A stretch of DNA of 64,000 nucleotides from Eledone cirrhosa (GCA_964016885.1 OZ024740.1:380680001-380744000); one strand, 5' to 3'. Counted from the stretch's first letter, positions 13,463 through 27,439 are shown. A program made the numbers and translations. The notes: generated by a model from the letters alone, not told the origin.

Positions 13463-13716
13463 ACAATTAAATCTCTCCCAAGTTAACTCTTTCTCGTGTT
13501 GCTATTTTTATTTTATCCTTTACGTTCTTTCCTTCATTCCTCTACACGTTTACAGTCTTATACACTCCACGCATCTCAACGTACACCCACTTACATCTCT
13601 CTTTCCACCACCGGATCTTGTTACCCATCTGCATTGCCGAGGCTTCCAAACGACTTAAAGAAATTTACCTTATTATTCCACAATGCTTCAAGCAAACTTC
13701 AATACTCTCTTATATA

Positions 13717-13762
<46 letters not shown>

Positions 13763-14569
13763 AATTTACATATATATACATACAAATTTACATATAAATA
13801 TATATATACACATCACATATATATACGCACGCATACATATATGTTTATACATATGTGTGTGTCTGTATATATATATATAAATAAAGCGATGAAATACCAA
13901 TGAAGGTTGGAAGATCACTGATGAAGGACTAAATTTATTCATTATATATATATATATATATATTTATCTGTGTGTGAGTGTGTGTGTAATAAAAATGGTA
14001 ACTAAAAGCAAATATATCGAATGTCTTGGAGCTGTTTGCAAACACACACTCTTTTTCACCCACATATATGCACACCAGTTAGTTAAGCAGCCAACCAGAT
14101 TTGGGTGGGAACCTCTCGTAAGCTTAATGTCTGGCAGAGAGGAATAATATTTCGTTACACAACAAACAGAGTTGGATTTCAAAATCGTTTTCAGGATGGC
14201 TTTGGTTGACACGCGAAAATATTGTTTGGATTTATTTTTATTGTTATAGTTTTACATCTTTTTTTCTTTTTTTGTCTGTCAATTTGCTTGACAGTCTGTA
14301 TGTGTATGTATAGTCATCAGTACTTTTTTTTTCAAAACTCCCTCCAATATAGAATACGCTTGTCTCCAAAGCTGACACAAGGCTCCTTCTTTGAAACTTA
14401 GATAACATCAATTTAGTAGTTGTAATCTGTCTGTATGTATGGTTACACGTATGTACGTGTTTGCATGTAAGCCTACACATGCATTTCATTGCCAGTGTGA
14501 GTGTTAATGTTTTGGCCTATGTATATGTACTTCTACATATATTTGTATATATATATATATATATATATA

Positions 14570-14690
<121 letters not shown>

Positions 14691-15249
14691 TTGCTATATG
14701 TTAAACTTCAAGTGTGTTTTATGTATTTTCGCAGTTACATTAATGAGTTATAAGTGTGAAGTTTCTAATTAGTCGAATGTTCTTTGGTTTTGTAAAGCTC
14801 TTTTCGGGTTGGTGTCAAGGCAGTTATTTCGAGTAATTATATCATAGAATTATAGATATAAAATCTATAAACTGGGTGCATATCTACACAGATATCACAT
14901 TAGTTCAGAAATAATATTTTCTTTTTCTTTTATCTTTAGTGTTATTTTAACGTCTGCTGAAAATTGCTACTTCGCACACTTCCCTTTCTCTGTTCCAGAT
15001 CATTATGTCTAGTCTGTTGTGCTTACATTTTTCTGGGGATTATGTTAAGAACATTTAACCTAAATGCGTTCATAATATGAGTGTATATGCCCCCTACATT
15101 ACTGAAACGTGTTGTATTTTAATCTTAAGGGATGTCCTTTCAGTTCACCTCTCATCTGTTGCATCTTAGAAACCCAAATCTCTGTTTCTCATCTTTTTAC
15201 TTTTTTCATATTCTTTCCCTCTTCGAATGATTGACACACTAATGTTATC

Positions 15250-15306
<57 letters not shown>

Positions 15307-15853
15307 CTTCATTGTCTTCATTCGTTTTTCGTGATTTCCCTCTTTTAGTGTAGATAATATGAAGTCGACAAAGGCTCTTGTCGTGCTACACAGCACCAGA
15401 CAAAGAATTGATTGAGATCCACACTGGAATACTTAGAGTAAAAATTCACATTGATTTTGTGCAAAATATCTGATTATAAAAAGGCGAAATGAATTGTTTG
15501 ATGCCCATACCATTCTGAGTGATATTGGTGATGTGGTGATGTGCAACAAATAAAATAACTACTAATGTAACTGAATCGAAACAAGACCACGAAATCTGTA
15601 TGTTGTAAGAGTTTTGGGGTAGAATCTATTTGTTTTTGTTTAACCCCATGGCATTTCCTAACACAGCATACATATGATCATAGGTGTTCTAGTCTCAGCT
15701 TTTCTTTTCTTTTTTTACGAGTACGGTACATTTAAGATGATCCGCTGAATCAAGGTGGGGGAGGAGGAGAGATCGTGTTTGTGTCTGCATGGAAACGTTA
15801 AATTCTTAGCGAAAGCTATAATCTCTCTTGCATTTAGAAGCACATTATCCAAT

Positions 15854-16039
15854 GTGGATTGGCAGTATCGGTAGAGGGTTTGACGCCATGCTTTCCAGCA
15901 TAGTTACGTCCCTTTATGATCTGAGTTCAAATCCCGCCGAGGTTGACTTTGCCTTTCATCCTTACGGGGTCGATAAAATAAAGTACCAGTAATGCACTGG
16001 GTAATTGCTGGCCTTGTGCCTAAAGTAGAAACAATTATT
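15854..16039 (+). mobile_element. SINE family A, near full length
   Basis: GTGGATTGGCAGTATCGGTAGAG head, B-box GTTCAAATCC, conserved core and 3' end. Confidence 0.85.
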
Positions 16040-16134
16040 CAATGTGTCCCCTTTTCTCTAAGAGTTATATGGTGGAGATTTAGTTGCTATTTCCAGCATA
16101 TCTAACTACCGGGAGAAGACATCCACGTTAGCCT

Positions 16135-16320
16135 GTTGGCAGTATCGGTAGAGTGTCGGACATGCTTACCAGCATAGTTACGTCCCTTTACGTTCTGAGT
16201 TCAAATCCCACCAAGGTTAACTTTGCCTTTCATCCTTACGGGGTCGATAAAATAAAGTACCAGTAATGTACTGGGTAATTGCTGGCCTTGTGCCAAAAGT
16301 AGAAACAATTATTTATTTAT
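16135..16320 (+). mobile_element. SINE family A
   Basis: Same consensus as 15854-16039; (ATTT)n tail. Confidence 0.85.
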
Positions 16321-16379
16321 TTGAATAGACAAAATAGGGGAGGCGAAACGATACTCTAATGACAACTTTGAAGTAACGA

Positions 16380-16600
16380 TTTCTAATTTAGACTCAAGGC
16401 AGCTATTTGATTGGGGCAAGGAAGGGAAAGTCGATTATTATTATACCCATATTTGGCTGTAGATTATTTTATAGACCCCAAAACGATGAAAGGCAATGTT
16501 GATCACGGCTGGATTTGAACTCAGCACATAAAAACTCGTTACTAAATACCGCAAGGCATTTTGTCTGATGCTCTACTGATACTGCTAATCCACCACCCTA
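16380..16600 (-). mobile_element. Diverged SINE family A copy
   Basis: gatgaaaggcaa..ggatttgaactcag..ctgctaatccaccacc. Confidence 0.6.
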
Positions 16601-18008
16601 TAACTTTGAAATAACAGAACATTTGCTTACACAGCAAATACTTCATGAAAATATATATGGATTCACAGAGAATAGAACAAATTTATACATTTAGAATGTA
16701 ACTTTATTCTCAGAAAAAATAATATATTTAGTTAATGACCCTTTTAAATTATTTACAATGTGTTTAGATTTAGAGGTTTAGAGAAAATATAAATCCGAAA
16801 AGTTAATTAAATGTTTAATTCTAATAATCTGATTAATTAGATTTAACTGAAATATGAAAGCAACATTTAAGCCATGGGAGGAAGGAAAACAATACTCTAT
16901 GTTGTAGTTTGAGTTTCTTCTATTTTTCTGTTTGTTTTGTAAAGTATATGGCAGACTGGAATAAAAAGAGTGTTCTAAGAATACGACACTAATTTGTGGA
17001 AGCTGTTAAGATGTTTTTATGACAGTTACCGTTTGACTGCTATTCACAACAAGTCAAAATCACAAAGTGATTTCAACTGACGGTAAAACAATTCAGCTTT
17101 ATTCAACTCACCAATTCTCTCGAGAAAAGCATAGGCACTATACTTGGCCTTTATATTTAACCTAAAATATAATCGCTTTATATCGAATTAAAACAAATCA
17201 ATATTTATCTATAAACAAACCTCTGGCTCGATTAAGAAATTCGCTTCCAATCACAGAATTCTGACTTCGATCACATTGTGCGATAACATAGCGGTTCGAT
17301 AGATAGAGATTGATCATATATATGCTAAACTAAAATAAGTACTTAGGTCAATGTGATCGATTTAACTCTTGAGGGCTGTACCTCAGCATGGTCATACTCC
17401 AGTGGCTGGAATCAAATGAATAAACGCAATTACAGCGTGTATGATTGAATTCGCTTAATAAATCTATAAGGTATACAAGTGTAAATGATAAACGTTTAAT
17501 TCAGTTTCACGCTGAATTATGATGGCAGTGTTACATGAAATATCAGTATATAAACAAAATGATAATAGCTACGATGTGTTATAATTTTAGTTTGAAATAA
17601 TATAACTTTAACATATACCACAAATATTTCATGAATCTATATATGGTTTCACAAAGAATGAGTAAAAGCAAATCATTTAGTATATACATTTTTTCTTAGT
17701 GATTTTTGTTAGTTGTTTGCCTTTCTCAGTATCTAGAAAGTGGAAAAGGTTTAGTGAAAAATTAATTTAGAAGGTTGATAATAATAAATTATAATAACTT
17801 ATTCAATTTAATTTTAGTTGAAATATGAGATCAAATTTAAGATTAGAGTCTATGAGAATTACCAGGTTTTAATTACAACTTTGATTATTGCATTCTTTGA
17901 CCTACTTTATTATAAACATAACTTCAAATTGAATTAAGTTTATTCATATTCCTACATATAATACCATATATAAGCATAAAAATTAGACAATAAAAATAAA
18001 TGACGTAC

Positions 18009-18578
18009 ATTGAGTGAAAGGGATTGGTTCACCAGAAGAGTGTCTTCGATGTTAAAAATAATTGTATATTCTAGATCAGTGCTTCGAAAGAATTCTGGGG
18101 TTCTGTGAAATACTTGCATCCGGAATGGTGCATAACGATCACAGACGTGTGTAGATACTGTTAGTCAGTCACAATTCAAACAGCCAGGACCAGATATTAA
18201 CTCAAGATCTGACTTGGTCGTGCCACTTCATGTTTCCAACTGTTCACCTCTCCTTTTAGGCCACCCCGAGAACGGCATAGGGGCGACAGCACTATGAGTG
18301 AGTTAAATTCGTGGGCAGCAGTGTATTTGATCAAACTAACGGAGGCACATTTTCAGCAGGAGCTGTTGGAGAGAATCGATCTAAAAGCGAAGAGGAATTT
18401 AAGAGTTTAGCACAAAATCTAATATTCAAACATGAACGATTTGTTGAAAGCAAAAGTTGTCAAAAACTTCCTACTTGTGTAAGTTCGCCGGTCATTGGCC
18501 ATGTCTCGCATCTATAGATTATTGTGATGCCGCATTTGATAACAACTGGCCTGTTGTTGTTTCTTTCTTTGTTATCGC
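18009..18578 (-). other. Candidate host exon (possible 5' UTR plus first 37 codons)
   Basis: Minus-strand acceptor ttttttattttcag at 18579 and donor gtacgt at 18008; unique, less AT-rich island; ATG at 18119 open to the donor. No homology recognised. Confidence 0.25.
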
Positions 18579-19164
18579 CTGAAAATAAAAAAAGTAGCTT
18601 TCACGAAATAAAGAGTACCGTTTTGCACTTGAATAAAATATATTAAAATGCAACTTATAAACATTTACATTTAATTGCCAACGGAAATATTATGCGGCAT
18701 TTTGAAGCTGAAATAGAAAGAAAAAAATCATTAAAATAGACGTTACTATCTTTGGTTTTTAATAAAGGACACATAGCATAATACAGTCACAGACACAGTA
18801 TGTTTATGAACAAGTTAGGATGGTAACATCTGTAACGTTTTTAATTCTAGGTCTGTCCAGTTAGGCTAGAACTGGAGCTAAACAACTACAACAAATAACA
18901 AATACCAACTCGGCCTCGAAAAACTAACCCCGAAAGTGGCATAGTTATTTTGTTCACAGAATGGATGTTCTGCTCTCAATTTTGCTAATTATACTTAGTT
19001 ATTATAGCATTTCCAACCTTAATAAGTAAAACCGTAACAAGCATTTTGCTTTATCTACGTCTGTTTATAAAAGCAATGGATTTATTTTGACAATGATACA
19101 TATGAACTAGTTAACCCGCACTAAAAGCTTGGGAAAATATAACGTATCTCTCTTTAGCTATATG

Positions 19165-19233
<69 letters not shown>

Positions 19234-19311
19234 ACCACACAAACACACACCACACACTCACACATACACACGCACATACACACATACATATACAAACATA
19301 TTTAAACACAC

Positions 19312-19362
<51 letters not shown>

Positions 19363-20090
19363 GAGAGAGAGAGAGTATATATACTATAGTTTTATTCTAC
19401 ATAAAATATATGCACATGTTCATGTGCACAAGATGATGTTTCTAAGAGGGTAAAATTAAAATACACACACAGGCTCATGCATACACAGACACCGACACTC
19501 TCTCTCACTCTCAGAAATACTGACACACAGGCACATACATAATTGTGCACATGCACAAACAAAAAGTCAATTGTGCCCACGTGTCCATACGAATACACAG
19601 AAGGAATATCTGTCAGAAGCATGTTTATATATACTTACTAACCGAAGGTGAATGTGCGCCTATATGTACATAAATATTTATATTTTAAAATGGGATATGA
19701 TGTCACATACAGTGGAATATGTGCTCACACACACATATATACACACACACAAACATACGCACGCACACTCAATAACACACACATGTACAACGCGATTTCT
19801 GTGCGTCTCGGAAGAAAATAGATTTGTACCTGAAAAGTTCTCCGAATCGCACCGCTGGGCAATAATTGCTTAATTCGAAATATACAAAGTATAGACATTA
19901 TACATAGGCACAAGTCAAGATTTAATCGAGATTAGAATTTTCCAATCTCTTTTACAGTACTGCCCACTTTTTTTTTAGATAATATATTTCATTGGCGCCC
20001 CAAAACAGACACAGCACTGTAAAGCTGATTAAAAATTATACATTGGAAATTAATAGTTAACGGATTCAGTTTCACCACTAATTACACAGA

Positions 20091-20124
<34 letters not shown>

Positions 20125-20289
20125 TAAAAACAAAGAAACAGTTCCTTATATTAAAAAGTCATCATTTTACGATCGTTTCTAGGATATATATGTGTGTGTT
20201 GGTATGTATATCATATAGATCTATGTAAACATTTTTACAGACTATCAGAGGGAATATACATACCTACACATATATATGCTGTCTTCAGA

Positions 20290-20329
<40 letters not shown>

Positions 20330-20333
<4 letters not shown>

Positions 20334-20560
20334 ATAATAATAGATTTGAAGAATAAAATCCAAAGAGGGCTCGATAAGGATAAATATATATCAAATAGAG
20401 CAAGTAGAGCAAATATCAAGTAGAGCAAATATTTATTAAAATAACAGATTAAAGTTTAAGCATAGAATCGCTGCTTGACTTTGTTAGTTTCAGAAGATCC
20501 CGTTAAGGGAGAAAGCAGCGATTCTTTGCTTAAAATTTAATCTGTTATTTTAATAAATAA
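20330..20560 (+). mobile_element. HHR-bearing element B with internal fold-back; partial inverted copy at 21330-21430
   Basis: agttt-CAGAAGA-tccc-gttaa-ggga-GAAA-gca..tgc-TT at 20486-20536; 20430-20476 is the reverse complement of 20512-20560. Confidence 0.65.
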
Positions 20561-20576
20561 ATATATATATATATAT

Positions 20577-21315
20577 ATCGCTAAAAAGCTTTCTCCGATA
20601 TTGTATTTATTTATTTACTCTTGGTGCAGCAGATTTGAAATTTTCCCGGTATAAGGTTAGGATTTCTTTGTTTATTTTTTATATATGAATATTGATTGTT
20701 CCTTATATCTCATTCTGTTATTTTGCTCGAGAAAATATCTGTGTGTCATCAAATGTTGTACACACATAGATATTTTTTCAATCTCCAATTGAGTTCTTAG
20801 CACGTGGCCTGAATTCCTTTTAGAGTTCATTGTCATGCGCATGTATTGTTTTTTTGGCGGTAATTTACTTCCTCATTTTTGAATCAGTTTGAGCATTTCT
20901 TTAGAACTGCTGGACTGGCAACCTGACAGATACCTCAGGTACAGATGATGATTATCGCTAAATACTGATGTTGGTTAGATTATCAATATTAGTATTATTG
21001 GAACACCCACTGATGAATTATAGGAGCCCACTTGAATATATATCTATTGATGGTATACAAGCTCCTACATAAATTGGTATAATTTAACCCAAATTGTAGG
21101 AATCCTATAATGAAACGAGACGTCCGTCTGGGAAGAGATATATTCGATATGTCTCATATGAAATAATACAGCCAATTTTCCACGCAATACTTTTAGTTAG
21201 CACTCCGAACGCATAATTGGGAATATAATCACTTATTTCCTAATGTTTGTTGAGTGAGTTGGAATTTGGCCGGAGTATCGCTAAAAAGCTTTCTCCGATA
21301 TTGTATTTATTTATA
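20577..21315 (+). mobile_element. HHR-bearing ~700 nt monomer with ~38 bp terminal direct repeat, in (TA)n
   Basis: tcgctaaaaagctttctccgatattgtatttatttat at both ends (and a solo copy at 28245); contains an intact HHR. Confidence 0.7.
21006..21132 (+). ncRNA. Type I hammerhead ribozyme, intact core, long stem II insert
   Basis: ccca-CTGATGA-attatagga-(~75 nt)-tcctataat-GAAA-cg-agacgtc-cg-TC-tggg. Confidence 0.85.
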
Positions 21316-21427
21316 TATATATATATATATATTTTAATAAATATTTGCTCTACGGTTCTTATATATCTGATATATATTTATCCTTATCGAGCCCTCTTGG
21401 GATTTTAGTCTTCAAATTTATTATTTT

Positions 21428-21514
<87 letters not shown>

Positions 21515-21543
21515 AAAATCCACAAACCCTCCATCTCAATTAT

Positions 21544-21581
21544 ACTTTTGAAAAGCACAAGAACTGCGAAACCGGTAAAGG
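21544..21581 (+). ncRNA. Minimal HHR, U3:A8 variant (family D)
   Basis: actt-TTGAAAA-gcac-aagaa-ctgc-GAAA-ccgg-TA-aagg; better-paired copy at 36426. Confidence 0.6.
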
Positions 21582-21740
21582 AAACAAATAAATATATATT
21601 TGTTTTAAAAAAGACTCCAGTTGCATTTTCGATTTCATCTTTTTTCCTTATACTTTCACTCGTGTAGGACACCTCGTCTTTTTTTCATTTTTGTAAAAAA
21701 ACCCTCACTTTCTAATTATATATATATATATATATATATA

Positions 21741-24700
21741 TCATCATCATCATCATCATCATCATCAACGTTTAACGTCAGTGTTCCACGCTTGCATGGG
21801 TTTGGACGGGAGTTTTCCCACTTGAGGCAAGAGTGATTGTCTTGCTCGCATAGGACTGTCTGGCAGGTTTTCTACAGTTGGATGCCCTTCCTAACACCAA
21901 CCACATTTACAGTGTGGGTCTGGGAGGTTTTTACCGTGTTGCCTACACGGCCACATTACAGCGTGGACTGTGTGTTTTTTTGTCGTGACACCTACACGAT
22001 CTCATTTGTTTCGGCCTGGATGGTGTGGCACCAACATAACTTTACATAGAAGGGGCGGTGTGGATGGGGTGGGGGTGGTGGGACGGGGGTGTATTTTGTT
22101 AGAGATGCCTACTGACTGTAGTAGGTTTTACTTTGTATTTAGGTAAGGCGGGTCGTCTCTATTACTGAGTACCGTCAAAGGTCTCGGTCCAGTGACATTG
22201 TCTTGGTGAGGTATAAGTGTGTGAGGTCGGAGTTTATCAGCTCGTCCCAGGTTTTTCTGGGTCTGCCTATTCCGTGGCTACCGTCTATCTTTATTGCCCT
22301 GCACTTTGTTATACAGCTATCGTCCTTCATGCGCATCACGTGACCATACCAACGTAGCCTTCTCTCTAGTAAACAACATCTGATCCCTCTTATTTCTAAT
22401 TTTTTCCTTAGTTCGTTTATGCTTTGTCGTTCACGTATATTACTATTACACATCCAGCGGAGCATGCAAGCTTCGTTTCTCTCTAGTCTGCGTATATCCT
22501 CTGCACACAATGCCCAGGTCTCACTGCCATGCAACATTGCTGTTCGTATGCAGGCATCGTACAGCCTGCCTTTCATTTTTAGGGAGAACCCTTTAGCGGC
22601 TAATAGTGGTATAAGCTCTCTGAACTTTTTCCACCCAGTTCTGACTCTAGCTACTGTACTTTCAGAGCACCCTCCCCCACAACTGATTTTGTCACCCAGG
22701 TAACGGAAGCTGTCCACTATTTCTATAGAACCCTCTGCGCAGTTGAAAGAGCTAGTATTTTGTGGGCACTTGCTGCTACTTATTGCCCCAGAACACCGGC
22801 CACATGTAAAATCTATGTTCTTAGTTAGCTTACCTGTAATCCCACTACATCTTTTATGCACCCAAACTTTGCATTTGGGACACAAAATGGAATTTCTACC
22901 TACGCCTTTCCTACATGGCCACTTCCCGGAGGGGACCGCCGCCTTATTTTCTTTCTTACAAACTAGAACTTTAGTCTTAGCCAGGTTAATTTTAAGGCCT
23001 TTTGATTCTAGGCCGTGCTTCCATGTTTGGAATTTCTTCTCTAGCTCGGCCATTGATTCAGCTATGAGTGTTAGGTCATCTGCGTATAGGAGTTCCCATG
23101 GGCAGCCGGTCTTGAACTCCACTGTTATAGCCTGGAGGGCAATAATAAATAGTAGGGGGCTAAGAACAGAGCCCTGATGAACACCAACTTTTACACTAAA
23201 CTCTTCACTATATTCGTTGTTAATTCTAACCTTGCTGACTGTTTCTTTATACATGGCTTGTATAGCTCTCACAAGCCATTCATCAACACCTAGTTTTCTA
23301 AGAGCCCACCAGATAATGGAACGGGGGACTCTGTCGAAGGCCTTCTCCAAGTCGACGAAAGCTAAGTATAGGGGTTTACATTTAGCTAGGTACTTCTCCT
23401 GTAGTTGTCGTACAATGAAAATAGCGTCTGTGGTACTTTTTCCTGACACAAACCCGAACTGCATTTCATCTAGATCAATTCGCTCTCTGATTAGTTGCGC
23501 TATTACTTTTTCCGTGACCTTCATGACCTGGTCGATTAATTTAATGCCTCTATAGTTACTCCTATCTAGGGCATCTCCTTTACCCTTATAACAGTTAACG
23601 ATAATGCTGCTACGCCAGTCCTTCGGAACAACCCCATTCTGTATGACTTGGTTGACTATCCGGGTGACCATGGTGTGTCCCACCGTACCAGATGCCTTCA
23701 GCATCTCGGCAACTATTTCCGAAGGCCCAGCCGCCTTCCCTGTCTTCATATCTTTGATTGCCTTACTTATTATACTACCCTCGACTAACACTGCTGGTCC
23801 CTCTATTGGGTCGATGTGGGGGAGACTGTCTTTCTCCCATTTATTCTCCTCATTTAGTAGCCTTTCATAGTGACACTTCCAAGCTACCTTCTTATCGGCG
23901 TCGGTGATGGCAAGTACGCCGTCATCGTTAAGTACACACTTCTCCCCGACAATATCACTGTTTTCCTTGACACATTGCCTAGCAATCCTGAACACCTCAC
24001 GTTTTTGGTCCTCACGTTGTAGAACATGCTTGAACTTTCTTTCCTCTGCTTCCTTTCTTGCGAAGTACACTTGTCTCCTAGCTTCCCTCCTGGCCACTTG
24101 ATAGTCTTCTCTGCTTCCCCCACCCCGCCATACTTTCCAAGCCTGCTTTTTGGCCTTAATTGACCCCTCCACCTTACTGTTCCACCACCATGTTACTCTC
24201 CTCCTGCCTACAAGCCTGCTCCAGCCACAGACTTCGTCTGCCGCCGTCAGCAGGTTTGCTTTCAGGAATTCCCACTGTTCCTCTACCTTGTACGTCTCTA
24301 ATTGCTCTTCCTCACTGTCAAAAGCATCAAGTAATATGCTTTGGAATTTATTTTTGGCTGTGGGGTCCTTTAGCTTTCATATTTTTCTCCTGAGGATAGT
24401 CCTCTTCTGTTGTCTAGTACGTCTCGTCCTAACTATTAGGTCGCTAATTATCAGTCTATGTTGGGAAGTGCATTCTTCATGGGGGAGGGATTTAGTGTTT
24501 ACGACAGTCACTTTGTCACGTCTTCTGGTAAGGATATAATCTACCTGGCTAGTATGTTCCCCTGATCTGTAGGTGATCAAGTGATTGTCTCGTTTTTTTA
24601 AGTGAGTGTTGCAGACAGTTAGGTTATTTGCGTCGCAGAATTCCAGGATTCTGGAGCCTTCCTCATTTCTAGTACAAAACCCATAGCCTCCATGGATTTC

Positions 24701-25470
24701 GTCGTAGCCGTCACAATGTTGTCCAACGTGACCGTTTAGGTCGCCTGCAATAATTATATAGTCACTGTCGGTTATTTGGGAGGTAGTGAGAATCAGTGTC
24801 TCATAGAATCTGTCTTTTATAGTGCTGGGCAGTCCGGATTGGGGTGCGTACGCGGATATTACTGTCACCGTAGTTCTATTGAGGACAAGTCTTATTTTAA
24901 TTATTCTGTCGTTCACTCTATTTACGTCTATTATCTTATCTGCCCACTTTTCTGCTACCATGATTCCTACTCCACCCAGCCCATTGTCGTTTCCCACCCA
25001 GAAAAGCTTATAGCATCGTTTTCTACCCACAATGTATCTAGCAGATCCACCCCTCCACCTGGACTCTTGAATACAACAAACATCGACCTCTATACGTTCA
25101 AGCATTTCTACAACCTCGTTAGAGCGACCCTTTAAGGTGCCTACATTCAAGGTACCAAATCTGAAGTTTTGGATTGCGTTTGGGGGGTTGGAAAGGTGGG
25201 GAGCGGGGGGAGATGGGGTTATGTTAGCCATCCGCGACCGAAACAAAGAGGCATGCTCGCATTCTCATCCACGAGGTGTGATTGTCTTTAACTTTGGCAT
25301 TGTCGCTGAGCGTCCAGATTTTTCTCTCTTCAACTCTCCGGAACTCCGTAGTCCTTCCATCCTACATATCGAAGGCGACCAGGTAAGCGATAGTATAGGC
25401 CTCTGGCTTATGATTGGTCCACGTAATAATAATGGTGGTGTGTGGGGGAGGGCGGGAGGGGTGTTGAGTT
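21741..25470 (-). mobile_element. Near full-length RTE-clade LINE
   Basis: APE endonuclease + RT frame, RTE-type 3' UTR (ggatgcccttcctaacaccaacc on + strand) and (TGA)n tail at 21741-21767. Confidence 0.9.
22139..25231 (-). pseudogene. RTE ORF (APE endonuclease, RT, PHD-like Cys/His insertion), ~1030 codons with two in-frame TGA
   Basis: ORFs 24377-25246 and 22175-24172 are in the same frame and the gap translates openly; motifs TLNVGT, CIQE, GDLNGH, DLEKAFD, QGSVLSP, YADD; TGA at 24377 (KI*KLKD) and 22175 (DRDL*RY). Confidence 0.88.
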
Positions 25471-25487
25471 GTTAGCGAGAATGAGTT

Positions 25488-26254
25488 GTTAGCGAGAAGG
25501 ATAGGTTTAAGTGAGAACCCCGTATTAACGAACAAAAATACAAGATTTGTTTAGTAAAATACGCCAAAAACTTCCGTATTTTTACAAGCATGACAGAAAT
25601 ACAAGAGATTTATTTTGGAAAATACATGGGGAATGGAAAGAGGATAGAAAAAAAATGCTATTGGAAGGACTAAAAATGCTGTTGGAAAGGACTATGGAGT
25701 TAGGCGTATGTTGGAAGAGGTAGAAAAATGAGTACATTACATTATAACCATGAATGAATGATGTTCAACCACAAGTTTGGCGAAAGTGAATTACTTTGTC
25801 TTATATATGTATATGGGTTGAGTAGAGAGAGAGAGAGGGGGCTGGTGGTGGTGATTTGACCGCATGTTGTAGAGTGTGGTGGAGGGGAAGTAGATGTTAA
25901 GGAGCGGGAATTAAGAGTTTGAAATAATAACATATATTTAAAATATTGTTAAGAGTTTGAAGTAACAAATATATTTAAAATATTTGTATATGAGAAGAGT
26001 ATGTTTTAGCGAGAAGGATAGGTTTAAGTGAGAAACCCGTATTAACGAACAAAAATACAAGATTTGTTTAGTAAAATACGCCAAAAACTTCCGTATTTTT
26101 ACAAGCATGACAGAAATACAAGAGATTTGTTTTGGAAAATACATGGGGAATGGAAAGAGGATAGAAAAAAATGCTATTGGAAGGACTAAAAATGCTGTTG
26201 GAAAGGACTATGGAGTTAAGCGTATGTTGGAAGAGGTAGAAAAATTAGTACATT

Positions 26255-26258
<4 letters not shown>
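25488..26258. repeat. Direct repeat of ~250 bp, period ~518 nt, ending at (TA)n
   Basis: ttagcgagaaggataggtttaagtgagaa...agtacattac at ~25490-25740 and ~26007-26257. Confidence 0.85.
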
Positions 26259-26713
<455 letters not shown>

Positions 26714-27233
26714 ATTAAAGTAATGAAGATCGCTGGTATTAATTAAACGTACTCCGGCCAGCTTCTAGCTCACTCAATGAATTTGTCGAATTGCGGGAAT
26801 GCAGCTGCAATCAGCTGTTAAGAGTGCACACATTCAGTTAATAGCAGATAAAGAAAGTGCAATGTGTCCAAACTGTTCCACTACATATTATACGATTCAT
26901 TACAGCCTTTTTGAGATGTGCTGTATACCCCTCAACCTGACGGAAACAGTTAACTGAAATGATGGGTCTGTGAATGATCCCTGGCCCTCCGGTTGTCTAA
27001 TTACCTGCTATATAAAACTAGTCGACCTGGAATGATGTGGCGTTACTTTTAAGCTATAAGAAGCTTTGGTGGAGCTAGGAAAATTATTGCTACAAAAAAA
27101 CAAAAAACAAAAAGAAATGTAAATATTGCATGAAGAATTATATAGAGAAAAATGTTAATAAAGCAGCGATGTCAATACGGTTAAAGGATTGACTTACGTA
27201 TTGAAAATGTCAAATTTTTCATTGTATTTTTCC

Positions 27234-27390
<157 letters not shown>

Positions 27391-27391
27391 C

Positions 27392-27435
<44 letters not shown>

Positions 27436-27439
<4 letters not shown>

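Larger units (their letters stand above)
10670..13700 (+). mobile_element. Decayed Penelope-like retroelement (RT + truncated GIY-YIG) with (CA)n-rich 3' UTR, between microsatellites
   Basis: Fragmented frames: LGPKF, SDKG, FYHLVKTHK..IRPVVS, SLDVVALYTSVP, MGSSLSG, RYVDDILIL, LLDFRI, RIKEH..KEALWIKRLGPQLN; several stops and frameshifts. Confidence 0.9.

Noticed and set aside
15854-16039. tRNA genes suggested by A/B boxes
   Set aside because: Box spacing is long, no cloverleaf is evident, and each is followed by the SINE body and tail
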